A DNA stretch of 64,000 nt. Origin: an uncultured Bacteroidales bacterium. GTDB lineage: Bacteria; Bacteroidota; Bacteroidia; Bacteroidales; VadinHA17. Both the position numbers and the translations under genes were made by a program. How positions within the stretch are numbered: the first letter of the stretch is position 1; every line of letters starts with the position of its first letter. The stretch lies in NCBI GenBank assembly GCA_942492865.1, contig OW818650.1, positions 1,960,564-2,024,563 on the forward strand. Direction: 5' to 3'. The notes beneath the pieces were generated by a model that was not told the DNA's origin, ran no database searches, and worked only from the letters and a program-made list of their open reading frames with translations. Positions 55,998-64,000 of this stretch are shown one piece after another.

Positions 55998-57083
55998 ATG
56001 CAGAAGGTAAAAGTATGTCTGGTAATTCCGTCACTACAGGCAGGAGGGATGGAAAGGGTAATGTCAGAGCTTGCATGGCACTTTTCTTCAAAGCAGAAAA
56101 TTGAAATACATCTTGTCCTTTATGGAATATCACGGGAGATCTTTTACCCCGTCCCTGAAACTGTAATAATTCATAAACCTGCATTCACCTTCAATAATGA
56201 CAGGCGATTTTACAGTACTGTACGAACTCTCTTTTATCTGCGAGGGATCATAAAAAAACTAAAGCCCTACAGTATTCTTAGTTTCGGTGAATACTGGAAC
56301 AGCTACCTTCTTCTTGCATTGCTGGGATTGAATTCACGGGTATTTGTATCAGACAGGTGTCAGCCGGATAAAAGCCTGGGCAAATTTCATGACCTGCTTC
56401 GGAAAATATTGTATCGTAAATCAGCCGGGATAATAGTACAGACATCCGCGGCAAAGGAGATCTACCAGGCAATGATCTCTAATGAGAACATACAAGTCAT
56501 TGGCAATCCCATCAGAAGTATTTTAACCGGAGGCAGTAATGCTGGACGGGAAAATATCGTGCTGACTGTGGGAAGACTTATAATGTCAAAGCATCATGAT
56601 AAGCTTATCGAACTGTTTTTGAAGATCTCAAAACCAGGTTGGAAGCTGGTCATTGTCGGGTATGATCATCTTAAACAGGAGGTGTCACTTAAACTGAAGA
56701 AAATAATCGAAGAGAATAATGCCGGCGACACGGTAATTCTTGCCGGAAAACAGAAAAATACCGATGAATACTACCTTAAAAGCAGGATATTTGCTTTTAC
56801 CTCAAGCTCAGAAGGTTTCCCCAATGTCATCGGCGAGGCTATGTCGGCCGGCTTACCTGTCGTTTCCTTTGATTGCATCGCCGGCCCTTCAGAGATGATA
56901 GCAGATAATATAAATGGATTTTTGATACCGTTATTCGATTTTGATCTTTTTCAAAAAAAACTGGAATACCTGATGGATAATGATGAGATTAGATTTAAAA
57001 TGGGGGACAAAGCAAAAGATGATATCAAAAAATTCTCAATTGAGCGAATCGGAGAGCAGTATCTTAAAGTTCTCCTTAGTTAA
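55998..57083 (+). CDS. Family 4 glycosyltransferase
   Basis: VCLVIPSLQAGGMERV at the N-terminus and the EX7E region SSSEGFPNVIGEAMSAGLPVVSFDC. Confidence 0.85.
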   Translation: MQKVKVCLVIPSLQAGGMERVMSELAWHFSSKQKIEIHLVLYGISREIFYPVPETVIIHKPAFTFNNDRRFYSTVRTLFYLRGIIKKLKPYSILSFGEYWNSYLLLALLGLNSRVFVSDRCQPDKSLGKFHDLLRKILYRKSAGIIVQTSAAKEIYQAMISNENIQVIGNPIRSILTGGSNAGRENIVLTVGRLIMSKHHDKLIELFLKISKPGWKLVIVGYDHLKQEVSLKLKKIIEENNAGDTVILAGKQKNTDEYYLKSRIFAFTSSSEGFPNVIGEAMSAGLPVVSFDCIAGPSEMIADNINGFLIPLFDFDLFQKKLEYLMDNDEIRFKMGDKAKDDIKKFSIERIGEQYLKVLLS

Positions 57084-57112
57084 GATTAAAAATTTTACTA
57101 AAAAAAAGTTAT

Positions 57113-58033
57113 ATGAAAGTAATAGTTACAGGTGGCGCAGGATTTATCGGGTCAGCAGTTGTACCTGTTCTGCAGAAGGAAGGTTATGATGTATTTGTAC
57201 TGGATAACCTGTCATCAGGAAACCGGAAGTTCATTGATGTCAGGGATGATCACTTCTTCCTTACTGACATCAGGAATGCTGCAGATGTAAAGTCAGTTTT
57301 TTTATCAGTTAAACCGGAAATAATTGTTCATCTGGCAGCGATACATTTTATACCTTATTGTAACCAGCATCCGTTTGAAGCGGCCGATATCAACATTCGC
57401 GGAACAATCAACATTCTTGATGCAGCCAAAGGTACCAAGACCATTAACAAGTTGTTTTTTGCATCCACCGCGGCAGTATATCCGATATGCAATGATGCGG
57501 TTGATGAAAAACATGAACTTCTCCCTCTGGATATTTACGGATTAAGCAAACTTACAGGAGAAAGATTGTGCAAAGAATTTTTTCTTGAAACTAAAACGGA
57601 CACAATAGTCTGCAGGTTTTTTAATGCATTCGGACCAAATGAAACCAATCCCCACCTGATACCTGAAATTGAAAAGCAGCTGAAAGCTGGAGCCAGGACA
57701 ATTAAATTAGGGAATCTTACCCCAAAGCGAGATTTCATTCATACTCATGACATGGCATCTGCCGTAAAGCAATTGTTAAAGCTTAAGGATACAGGGTATG
57801 ATACCTTCAATCTGGGTCAGGGTGCCGAGTATTCAGTGGTGGAAATTGTTGAAGCCTTTGAACGGCAGTTAAATGAAAAGATAAAAATTGAAGTGGATCC
57901 CGACAGGGTGAGGAAAGTTGAACGTGAGCATCTCCTTGCCAATGTTACAAAGCTCAAGACAGTTGCCGGTTGGAAGCCTGTCTGGGGAATTAATGAAGGA
58001 ATAAAGAACCTGGTTGATAGCTGGAAAAATTAA
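57113..58033 (+). CDS. NAD-dependent epimerase/dehydratase (extended SDR)
   Basis: Rossmann motif VTGGAGFIGS, the catalytic YGLSK (YxxxK), and about 306 aa. Confidence 0.85.
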   Translation: MKVIVTGGAGFIGSAVVPVLQKEGYDVFVLDNLSSGNRKFIDVRDDHFFLTDIRNAADVKSVFLSVKPEIIVHLAAIHFIPYCNQHPFEAADINIRGTINILDAAKGTKTINKLFFASTAAVYPICNDAVDEKHELLPLDIYGLSKLTGERLCKEFFLETKTDTIVCRFFNAFGPNETNPHLIPEIEKQLKAGARTIKLGNLTPKRDFIHTHDMASAVKQLLKLKDTGYDTFNLGQGAEYSVVEIVEAFERQLNEKIKIEVDPDRVRKVEREHLLANVTKLKTVAGWKPVWGINEGIKNLVDSWKN

Positions 58034-58040
58034 ACGACCA

Positions 58041-59186
58041 ATGTACATGACTAAGAAAAGGTTAAAACTTGGAATGATATTTAATTTCAATCCAACCTGG
58101 ATGGGAGGAATTATTTATCTTATTAATCTGGTAAAAACACTCAACCGACTGGATGACAATGACAAACCTGAAATATTTCTTTTTTACAATCCTTCACTCG
58201 AAAAATTTCTGGAAGAGTTCAAATATCCTTACCTGCATGCAATTGAATGGATATCGCCTTCAATTATCAGCGGACATCTGAAATCATGGCTGAAAGGGAA
58301 AAATGTGTTTTATGATGATCTTATAAAAAAATATGAGATTGATACAATTTACCCGGTCAATAAATTCCCTGTAAAGAATAAGACCGGAGCCAAATTTATT
58401 GCATGGTTCGCTGATCTCCAGCATAAGCATTATCCTGAGTTTTTCAGCAGATCGAGACTGATACACAGGGCTATAAGATTACAGCTCATGCTAAGGAATG
58501 CCAGCGATATAATTGTGTCGAGCAACTCTGTAAAGAATGATTTTTCCAGGTTCTTTAAGCTACGGGATGATCTGAGATTTCATATTTATCATTTTACCTC
58601 TGTAAATGATGATTACCCTGACATAAACATTGAGGTACTCAGGAAAAAATATAATTTACCTGTGGACTATTACATGGTATCCAATCAATTTCATAAGCAT
58701 AAGAATCACAGAGTGTTGCTTCAGGCCCTTGCAATTATGAAGAAGAAAGGAATAATAAAGTATATGGCAATGACCGGTAAGCTTCCTTCAGCCGAAAATT
58801 CTCCGTATATGAATGAAATCCACCAGATCATCAATGAAAACAACATGAAGGACCAGATCTGTATGCTGGGGGTAATACCAAGAGGTGATCAGCTTAAAAT
58901 TATGTCGCACTCACAGGCTGTACTTCAGCCCAGTTTGTTCGAAGGATGGAGCACCGTCATCGAAGACGCAATTTCGCTCCAGGTCCCGGTAATAGCATCT
59001 AATCTGGATGTCAATATTGAGCAGCTCGGAGATAAAGGAACATATTTTCATCCTGACAATCCGGAAGAACTTGCTTCAATTCTTTCAGATCTCCCTGAAA
59101 GGAACATGGATGCTGTTATATATGGTGATTATTCGTTAAGAATAAGGGAAGCTGCTGAATCTATTATGAAGGTCTTAGGTAAATAA
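58041..59186 (+). CDS. Family 4-like glycosyltransferase
   Basis: C-terminal LQPSLFEGWSTVIEDAISLQVPVIASN (EX7E). ATG 58041 is preferred to TTG 58014. Confidence 0.7.
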   Translation: MYMTKKRLKLGMIFNFNPTWMGGIIYLINLVKTLNRLDDNDKPEIFLFYNPSLEKFLEEFKYPYLHAIEWISPSIISGHLKSWLKGKNVFYDDLIKKYEIDTIYPVNKFPVKNKTGAKFIAWFADLQHKHYPEFFSRSRLIHRAIRLQLMLRNASDIIVSSNSVKNDFSRFFKLRDDLRFHIYHFTSVNDDYPDINIEVLRKKYNLPVDYYMVSNQFHKHKNHRVLLQALAIMKKKGIIKYMAMTGKLPSAENSPYMNEIHQIINENNMKDQICMLGVIPRGDQLKIMSHSQAVLQPSLFEGWSTVIEDAISLQVPVIASNLDVNIEQLGDKGTYFHPDNPEELASILSDLPERNMDAVIYGDYSLRIREAAESIMKVLGK

Positions 59187-59227
59187 TTTGGCACCTTAAT
59201 TGAAAAACATCCCTTACTTACTCCCGG

Positions 59228-60430
59228 TTGAAAATACTCTTCGCAACAATTGCCTGGCCTGCCAAAGGTGAAAGGAACCTTTACTCGGACCTGATGGATG
59301 AATTTGTCAGGGATGGCCACATTGTATATGTATTGTGCGCGGATGAAAAAATTCAGGTCACAACTTCCGGAATAGAAAATGGAATAAACATCCTCAGAGT
59401 AAATACAACCAGGATCCGCAAAACAGGTAAACTGAAAAAAGCCCTCGCTTTTTTCAACCTTGGATCAAGATTGAAAAAAGAGGTTCGCAGGTCATGGCCG
59501 GATCTGGAAATTGACTTGATAATTAGTAATTCGCCCCCGGTTATCCTGTCGGGTTTGATGAGATTTCTCAAGAGAATGTATAATGCACCACTGTATTATA
59601 TGCTCAAGGACATTTGGCCCGACGGACCGGCAGATCTTAAAATTATAAGGAAGTACGGACTTGTTTATTACTATTTCAGGATCCATGAAATCAGAATGTA
59701 TAAAGCTGCTGATTATATTGGTTGCATGTCACAATATAATGTTAGTTATTTACTTAAACACAATAATTTTTTGTCTGAAAGCAAAGTTGAGATATGTCCC
59801 AATACAATCACTCCCCGTACAATAACATTAAGAAATTCAAGGGATCTTATAAGAAAAAAATTTAATATCCCGGAACAGGCTGTGGTGTTCATTTTCAGCG
59901 GAAATATCGGACGTGCGCATGGATTGGATTTTTATCTTGATGCAATAGAAATGCTCAGAGATTTTGATAAAGCATATTTTTTAATTGGTGGTAACGGTAT
60001 GCAATTCAATAGAGTTACCCGGGAAATTAAAAGGAGGAATTTAAAAAATACAGGCACCTACAGCAGACTTCCGGCAGATGATTTTGATGAGTTGCTATTG
60101 TCGAGCGATGTCGGAGTAATACTCCTTGATTCAAAATATAATGTCCCGCAGTTCCCATCACGTCTCCTTTCTTATCTTGAAGCAGGAAAGCCGGTTTTGT
60201 GCTCAGTGAACAATGCGACCGATATTGGAAAAACAATTGTTGATGCCGGATGCGGAGTCTCAACACTGCATGGAGATTTTGAGGAATTTAAATCAGCGGT
60301 GAAGTTTTTCTGTGACCCTGGTAATTCAGAAACAGTTGAGAAAATGCAATCAGATTCCCTTAAATTGCTAAATCAGAATTTTACATCATCAGTCTCTTAC
60401 AATACTATCATAAGGCATTTTGTTGGATGA
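59228..60430 (+). CDS. Family 4 glycosyltransferase (WbuB-like)
   Basis: KILFATIAWPAKGERNLYSDLMDEFVRDGHIVYVL, a GT-B C-domain and PSRLLSYLEAGKPVL. TTG start as listed. Confidence 0.65.
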   Translation: MKILFATIAWPAKGERNLYSDLMDEFVRDGHIVYVLCADEKIQVTTSGIENGINILRVNTTRIRKTGKLKKALAFFNLGSRLKKEVRRSWPDLEIDLIISNSPPVILSGLMRFLKRMYNAPLYYMLKDIWPDGPADLKIIRKYGLVYYYFRIHEIRMYKAADYIGCMSQYNVSYLLKHNNFLSESKVEICPNTITPRTITLRNSRDLIRKKFNIPEQAVVFIFSGNIGRAHGLDFYLDAIEMLRDFDKAYFLIGGNGMQFNRVTREIKRRNLKNTGTYSRLPADDFDELLLSSDVGVILLDSKYNVPQFPSRLLSYLEAGKPVLCSVNNATDIGKTIVDAGCGVSTLHGDFEEFKSAVKFFCDPGNSETVEKMQSDSLKLLNQNFTSSVSYNTIIRHFVG

Positions 60431-60450
60431 AACTGATCTTAGTAAGGCAC

Positions 60451-60544
60451 GATTTCGGATTTCGGATTTCGGATTGATTCACCATTAGCATTCCAATCCG
60501 CAATCCACCTTCCGCAATCCGCAATTACAGGATTTCGGATTTTT
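60451..60544 (+). repeat. Heptamer hairpin element (GATTTCG / CAATCCG tracts)
   Basis: (GATTTCG)x3 GATTGAT at 60451-60478. CAATCCG CAATCCA CCTTCCG CAATCCG CAATTAC at 60494-60528. GATTTCG GATTTTT at 60531-60544. The tracts are near-complementary with one mismatch per heptad. Confidence 0.9.
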
Positions 60545-60561
60545 TGAGCAGTAAAAAATTC

Positions 60562-61731
60562 ATGAAAATGAAAAAACAGATTCTATTATTGGACGGGGGA
60601 GGGACACAGACGCTTCCTATAGCGAAGTCGCTATATAAAAAGGGACATTCGGTTCATGTTTTTTATGTTCATAAGCTTTCTTATGGATATGCAACACGCT
60701 ACGCTTCCCACAGAGTCCAGTCTCCCTCTATAACTAATGAAGCAGAGTTTGATGAGTTTCTAAGGCACTATGTTATTAAAAATGGTATTGATGTAGTGAT
60801 CCCGATGAGTGATCCCAGTGCAATGTTTCTAAGCAGGAACAGGGATTCATTATTACAGATTTGTAAGTTTATTGCACCTGATTATGAAGTTTTTATGAAA
60901 GGCTACGATAAAAACAAGCTGATGACAGTGTGCAGGGATTACGGTTTCCCGCATCCGAAAACCTTCGATATGTCTGTAACTGATATTGCTTCTATAGAGG
61001 ATACTTTTTTCCCTGCCATACTCAAACCTAATCTGACAACCGGAGGCAGGGGTATGAAGATACTGGCTGGCAGGAAAGAACTCGAGGAAGTTTATGATTC
61101 AAATGTGAAGCAGTTCGGACCTTGTCATCTGCAGGAGTTTATACAGGAGGGAGGAAGACAGTTTAAAGTGGAATTGTTTCTTGATGAAAACCACAGACTA
61201 ATCAATTCTTCTGTGATACACAAGCAAAGATTTTATCCTGTTTCCGGCGGAAGTAGTTGCTTTAACACAACGATAAATGACGATTCACAGGTTGGTACAT
61301 GCTATGAGGTACTGAAAAAAATCGGGTGGACAGGATTTGCCGACTTTGACCTTATTGAGGATCCAAAGGATGGAGTGAAAAAGATTATGGAGATAAACCC
61401 GCGGATCCCGGCTTGTGTCAAATCAGCAGTCGACTCAGGTGTCGATTATGCAAGTCTTATCGTTGATGCCTCCCTTGGCAGGGAACCTGAAAAGTATGAA
61501 TATATTCCGGGAAAGCAATTGCGTCATATTGGATTTGACCTTTTATGGTTTGTTCACAGCAAAAACAGGTTTAGGGCCAGTCCAGGCTGGTTCAACTTCT
61601 TCAATAAGGAACAATCGCTTCAGGACTTCAGTTTTGCCGATCCTATGCCTTTCATATACGGTACCGTCGGTAACATAAAGAAAATGTCAAACGCTGATTT
61701 CAGGAAAGCCAAGAACAGCACTAAAATCTGA
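60562..61731 (+). CDS. ATP-grasp domain protein (carboxylate-amine ligase type)
   Basis: FPAILKPNLTTGGRGMKIL, HLQEFIQEGGRQFKVELF and FADFDLIEDPKDGVKKIMEINPR. ATG 60562 is preferred to TTG 60544. Confidence 0.8.
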   Translation: MKMKKQILLLDGGGTQTLPIAKSLYKKGHSVHVFYVHKLSYGYATRYASHRVQSPSITNEAEFDEFLRHYVIKNGIDVVIPMSDPSAMFLSRNRDSLLQICKFIAPDYEVFMKGYDKNKLMTVCRDYGFPHPKTFDMSVTDIASIEDTFFPAILKPNLTTGGRGMKILAGRKELEEVYDSNVKQFGPCHLQEFIQEGGRQFKVELFLDENHRLINSSVIHKQRFYPVSGGSSCFNTTINDDSQVGTCYEVLKKIGWTGFADFDLIEDPKDGVKKIMEINPRIPACVKSAVDSGVDYASLIVDASLGREPEKYEYIPGKQLRHIGFDLLWFVHSKNRFRASPGWFNFFNKEQSLQDFSFADPMPFIYGTVGNIKKMSNADFRKAKNSTKI

Positions 61732-61769
61732 ATAAAGATTTTAATTTACCAGTAGATTATAAATAGAGA

Positions 61770-62666
61770 ATGACTAATGCCTTTACAGTTGATGTTGAGG
61801 ACGGCATCAATATTGCGATGTTTGACTATTTCAATATAAGGATGGCTCCAACCGAACGGGTTCAGATCAATACGGGCAAAATACTTGATCTGCTTGATAA
61901 ACATAGAGTGAAGGCGACTTTTTTCATATTGGGTGATGTTGCAAAACACTTTCCCACTTTAATAAAAGAGATTTCTCAAAAGGGACACGAGGTCGGCGTA
62001 CATGGTTATTCTCATAAACGTTATTTTATGCTGACTCCTGATGAGGTGAAAGAGGAGATTTCATATACAAAAGCATTACTCGAAGACCTTACAGGAACAA
62101 AGGTCTTCGGACATAGAGCTCCTGCATTTTCAGTTATACCTTCAACAGCCTGGGCGCTCCCTGTTATAGAAGAAGCGGGTTTTACATACGACAGCAGCAT
62201 CATGCCTGCCAGGACAGGCAGGTATGGATGGACAGGTTTTTCAAATGACATACATAGGCTGAAATTGCCTGGTGAGAAAACACTGATCGAAGTGCCGCTG
62301 TCGGTGGTAAGCGTCTTAGGCAGAATGATACCGGCTTGTGGAGGAGGTTATCTGAGACATTTTCCATATTACTTAACACGTAAGGCTTTTATTTCTGTTC
62401 AGCAAAAGCGGCCCGTGATTGTTTATTCACATCCATACGAACTTGATACTAAAAGGTATCCTGATTTTTTTTATGAAGCAATGTCTTCATCAGATATCAG
62501 GAAAAAATTGTCATTATCGTTATTCAGATTGAACAAGGGTACTGTAGAGAAAAAAATGTCCCGCCTTCTTGCAAGTTTCTCCTTTAAGCCCTTGATTGAA
62601 ATAATCAAAGACCTCGACCCTGCAAAATTGACTCTGAAAAGGATTGATATTATAGCAAAACAGTAA
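61770..62666 (+). CDS. Polysaccharide deacetylase (CE4 NodB fold with DUF3473-type C-terminus)
   Basis: FTVDVEDGINI, ATFFILGDVAKHFPTLIKEISQKGHEVGVHGYSHK, GHRAPAFS and VYSHPYELD. Confidence 0.85.
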   Translation: MTNAFTVDVEDGINIAMFDYFNIRMAPTERVQINTGKILDLLDKHRVKATFFILGDVAKHFPTLIKEISQKGHEVGVHGYSHKRYFMLTPDEVKEEISYTKALLEDLTGTKVFGHRAPAFSVIPSTAWALPVIEEAGFTYDSSIMPARTGRYGWTGFSNDIHRLKLPGEKTLIEVPLSVVSVLGRMIPACGGGYLRHFPYYLTRKAFISVQQKRPVIVYSHPYELDTKRYPDFFYEAMSSSDIRKKLSLSLFRLNKGTVEKKMSRLLASFSFKPLIEIIKDLDPAKLTLKRIDIIAKQ

Positions 62667-62692
62667 GGGCCAATTCTGAATTTTATCAAAAC

Positions 62693-63802
62693 ATGAGCAT
62701 TAAAGAGATCATCAGGACAAATCTTAAGAATATCCCTGGCAGATACATTAAAAACAAGTGTGTCGCTATTGAATGTGATGATTGGGGTAGCATCAGAATG
62801 CCATCAAAAGAAGTTCATACAGAGTTATTGAAATCGGGACTGAGGATTCCAAATGACAGGTTTATCAACGACACAATTGAGACCTCGGAAGATCTCGAGA
62901 TGCTTTTTAACGTACTATATAGTGTCATAGACAGTTCGGGTCATCATCCTGTGGTGACAGCAGTGTCTAATATGGCTAATCCTGATTTTGAAAAGATCAG
63001 GCAATCAGGGTTTTCCGGGTACCATTATGAAAAATTCACTGACACTTATATCAGATATGGAAGAGGGGAAAATATATTCGGGCTCTGGAAGCAAGGTATT
63101 GCAGAAGGTCTATTCATTCCTGAGCTGCATGGAAGGGAACACTTGTCAGTTCAGATCTGGCTCCGGATGTTAAAAGAAGGGAACAGGGACCTTTTAGTCG
63201 CATTTGATAAAGAATTCGTTTCTCCCGAAATACCGGGTATCGATCCGTTGGCGAATGGTTTCAGGGCAGAATTTTATCATAATTCTCAATCAGAGATACC
63301 TTTTCTGAAGCGTTCAATCACTGATTCAGTGGAGTTATTCAGAGATATATTTGGATTTAGTCCAAAAATATTTGTTCCCGGCAATGCTGTATTTCATCCG
63401 GTTTTTGAAGAAGATGTTACTCGTTCGGGTATAAAATTTCTATATGTAAACAGAAATATGTTTTATCGGGATACTGGCGGTAATATGATTAGGAAAAATT
63501 ACCTTTCAGGTCAGAAAAACACTTCCGGACTTATCTTCTATCTGCGTAATTGCGTTTTTGAACCATGCAGTGAGAATTACAGCGGGATTGATTATACGCT
63601 TATGCAGATTGATGCGGCATTCCGGTGGGGTAAACCTGCAATAATCAGTACACATCGTGTAAATTTTGCAGGGGGTATTGATGTTGCCAACAGGGAAAAG
63701 GGCCTGAGGGAACTGAAGGATCTTCTTAATACAATTGTAAAAAGATGGCCTGATGTTGAATTCATGAGCTCATTAAAGGTTTTGGAAAAATATTGTAATT
63801 AA
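62693..63802 (+). CDS. Uncharacterised protein, paralogue of 49963..51099
   Basis: IECDDWGSIRMPS, NPDFEKIR, LHGREH, RNCVFEP and AFRWGKPAIISTHRVNF are colinear with the first copy along the full length. Confidence 0.6.
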   Translation: MSIKEIIRTNLKNIPGRYIKNKCVAIECDDWGSIRMPSKEVHTELLKSGLRIPNDRFINDTIETSEDLEMLFNVLYSVIDSSGHHPVVTAVSNMANPDFEKIRQSGFSGYHYEKFTDTYIRYGRGENIFGLWKQGIAEGLFIPELHGREHLSVQIWLRMLKEGNRDLLVAFDKEFVSPEIPGIDPLANGFRAEFYHNSQSEIPFLKRSITDSVELFRDIFGFSPKIFVPGNAVFHPVFEEDVTRSGIKFLYVNRNMFYRDTGGNMIRKNYLSGQKNTSGLIFYLRNCVFEPCSENYSGIDYTLMQIDAAFRWGKPAIISTHRVNFAGGIDVANREKGLRELKDLLNTIVKRWPDVEFMSSLKVLEKYCN

Positions 63803-63808
63803 ATTTTT

Positions 63809-64000
63809 ATGCAGAACATCAGGCGGTTCATATATCTTCTCTATTATCTTAAAGAATCGGATTACAGCACTCTTTCATCATTTTTGAGGTATGCATCATC
63901 CGGTTCAGGAAAATCGCGAATGAGGATCATGAGTGATGCTGTTGTTTCAGTTTTCAAATACAATGTTTCATTGAAAGATTATTTCAGTTTCAGGTTCTTT
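63809..64000 (+). CDS. 5' fragment of an open reading frame running off the window (possibly a sugar-transfer-associated ATP-grasp)
   Basis: ATG 63809 opens 64 stop-free codons to the window edge (MQNIRRFIYLLYYLKESDYS...VSLKDYFSFRFF). The N-terminal pattern ending in (D/E)YFxFxF(F/Y) resembles that family from memory only. Confidence 0.35.
   Translation, partial: MQNIRRFIYLLYYLKESDYSTLSSFLRYASSGSGKSRMRIMSDAVVSVFKYNVSLKDYFSFRFF

Noticed and set aside
34997-64000. Horizontally acquired island or mobile element carrying the polysaccharide locus
   Set aside because: No integrase, transposase, tRNA attachment site or long flanking direct repeats are visible in the window, and the right end is not in view. 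Composition looks somewhat more AT-rich by eye, but I cannot quantify that reliably here.
1-64000. tRNA, rRNA, tmRNA, RNase P or riboswitch genes in the long non-coding stretches (4.1-4.8, 20.4-22.1, 25.2-25.8, 34.6-35.0 kb)
   Set aside because: I found no cloverleaf-compatible sequence, no GAGGAAAGTCC-type RNase P core and no recognisable riboswitch cores by eye. These stretches are explained by the repeat families. A covariance-model scan would be needed to be certain.

Overview
Calls come from the supplied ORF translations, motif recognition and reading the DNA by eye. No homology search or folding was run. The window looks like a Bacteroidota chromosome segment: a fused SecDF, a T9SS type-B cargo followed by PorP/SprF, and TAnnTTTG -7 boxes. 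I saw no rRNA, tRNA, CRISPR array, transposase, integrase or phage genes.

**Left third (1-20.4 kb)**
- Housekeeping genes: the 3' end of a TolC-family gene, secDF, tatA, a lolD-like ABC ATPase, a TIGR02757-like gene, GH95, a tRNA m6A methyltransferase and mutS.
- An arsenic/thiol-redox island: acr3 divergent from arsR, a small thioredoxin, a secreted CxxC protein, a CcdA-like membrane protein and a DUF318/ArsP-like permease.
- A GpgS-like glycosyltransferase fused to a HAD phosphatase.

**Middle (20.4-34.6 kb)**
- A 1.7 kb gene-free repeat field.
- A coiled-coil membrane protein, mscS and nagA.
- A 1900-aa T9SS adhesin with eleven near-identical 234-bp repeats, followed by its PorP/SprF and OmpA-family partner genes.

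**Right 29 kb (34.8-64 kb)**
- One co-directional surface-polysaccharide locus: wza, wzc, a 3-amino-3,6-dideoxyhexose module, wzx, an EpsG/Wzy-like polymerase, about seven glycosyltransferases, acetyltransferases, AsnB, CapA, three or four ATP-grasp ligases, a FemAB-like protein and deacetylases.

**Most unusual signal**
- Short elements built from tandem heptanucleotides sit at six positions in the polysaccharide locus.
- One flanks a four-helix-bundle (23S rRNA IVS protein family) gene as imperfect inverted repeats.
- One is a cargo-less twin of that cassette.
- Two donate the stop codon of the upstream gene.
- One lies in-frame inside an aminotransferase gene.

Other repeat families are a 61-bp satellite and nested double-hairpin elements that show compensatory changes between copies.
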